Origin: Azolla caroliniana
Taxonomy: Eukaryota > Plantae > Polypodiophyta
DNA length: 64,000 bases
Assembly: GCA_043228905.1 (NCBI GenBank)
Contig: JBHGNT010000008.1
Span: 4,712,001-4,776,000 of the forward strand
Direction: 5' to 3'
Position numbers and translations under genes: made by a program. The notes below the pieces were generated by a model. That model saw only the letters and a program-made list of their open reading frames with translations, ran no database searches and was not told where the DNA came from. Below are positions 63,198-64,000 of this stretch, piece by piece. Each line of letters starts with the position of its first letter. Position 1 is the first letter of the stretch.

Positions 63198-64000
63198 TGT
63201 TAAGGGATAATTTGTACCTAATTATGTGATTAAGTTAAGCGGAAGATTAAGTGATATGTGTGTGAAAGGAAGAGAGAGGAGAAGTTAACACTTATGAACA
63301 ACGAGACAAATGGGGGATGATTAACTATAGTAAAAAGCATCATCAAATAAAAAAATACCCACGATGAGGTATATATACATCTCATGTGCAAAGGTGCACA
63401 TGTCTGAATAGAATATAGGTACAAAGGTGTAGGTCCTATATTAAATGAACACGGGAGTGGAGGATCTACAATGTATCCCACTCAAGTACAAAATCATGTT
63501 TAAGGCTTTAAGATCAACACACTAACAAGATTCTATCTAGGTAACTACTAAATTACGTGTGTTGACTAAATGACTAAACTAAGTTGAGCTTGATATCTCA
63601 ACACGCCCCCTCAAGCTCAAGTGTGAGGTGTCCGACATTCATTTTGGCTTTCGTTGGCTTCTATCCGGTCTTCGTCGACTTCTTCGGCTTTTCCGAGGAA
63701 ATCTTGGTTCCTCCCCCTCAAGTTGGTGACGAAGGCTTGCAATGTGAAATGACCAAAGGCCGAATGTTTCCACCCATCGTGGGTCATGAGTCGTTTTGGT
63801 AGAGCTCTCGGGCTCTTGGTGAGCCGCTACCTTCATCGCGAAGGCATAATGATGGGCCATATACACATTGTAGCCGAGCCGAGTGACAGGATTCTTCTTT
63901 CTTGCCAATGTGAGCGCCTTCTTTACTCCGGGTGTCTGCATGATGGGTACACCAAAATCACTATTTAGTGAGCGAGCTGACACATCCGAATCACTGTTAT
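63198..64000 (-). mobile_element. Internally deleted copia element (3' LTR, PPT and pol remnant), continuing beyond the window
   Basis: LTR 63198-63603 (TGTTAAG..TCAACA), PPT TTGAGGGGGCG, and a pre-RT linker-like peptide HHYAFAMKV..EPES..DPRWVE. Confidence 0.7.

Overview
Eukaryotic land-plant genomic DNA. The retroelement lineages suggest a non-seed plant such as a fern or lycophyte; this is inference only. Positions 1-27 kb hold four minus-strand genes: the 5' part of a lipoxygenase, an 8-cysteine nsLTP-like gene, a 9-exon plastid-targeted aldo-keto reductase and a 3-exon phi-class GST, with many short local tandem duplications and solo LTRs between them. Positions 29.7-64 kb are a retrotransposon nest that can be dissected by target-site duplications (TSDs). 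A 5'-inverted L1 LINE (18-bp TSD) contains a Ty3/gypsy element (tRNA-Trp PBS, 4-bp TSD), which itself contains a solo LTR and a very young Ty1/copia. A second decayed gypsy of the same family carries four further insertions, including a self-priming chromovirus. The most notable signals are: (1) a conserved G_GAU_UUU slippery site plus H-type pseudoknot between Gag-protease and RT in two diverged gypsy copies; (2) a twin-priming L1 inversion; (3) an 11-nt Tf1-type self-primer; (4) tRNA-like A/B-box modules and heat-shock elements at LTR starts. All coordinates and alignments were read by eye; no searches were run.
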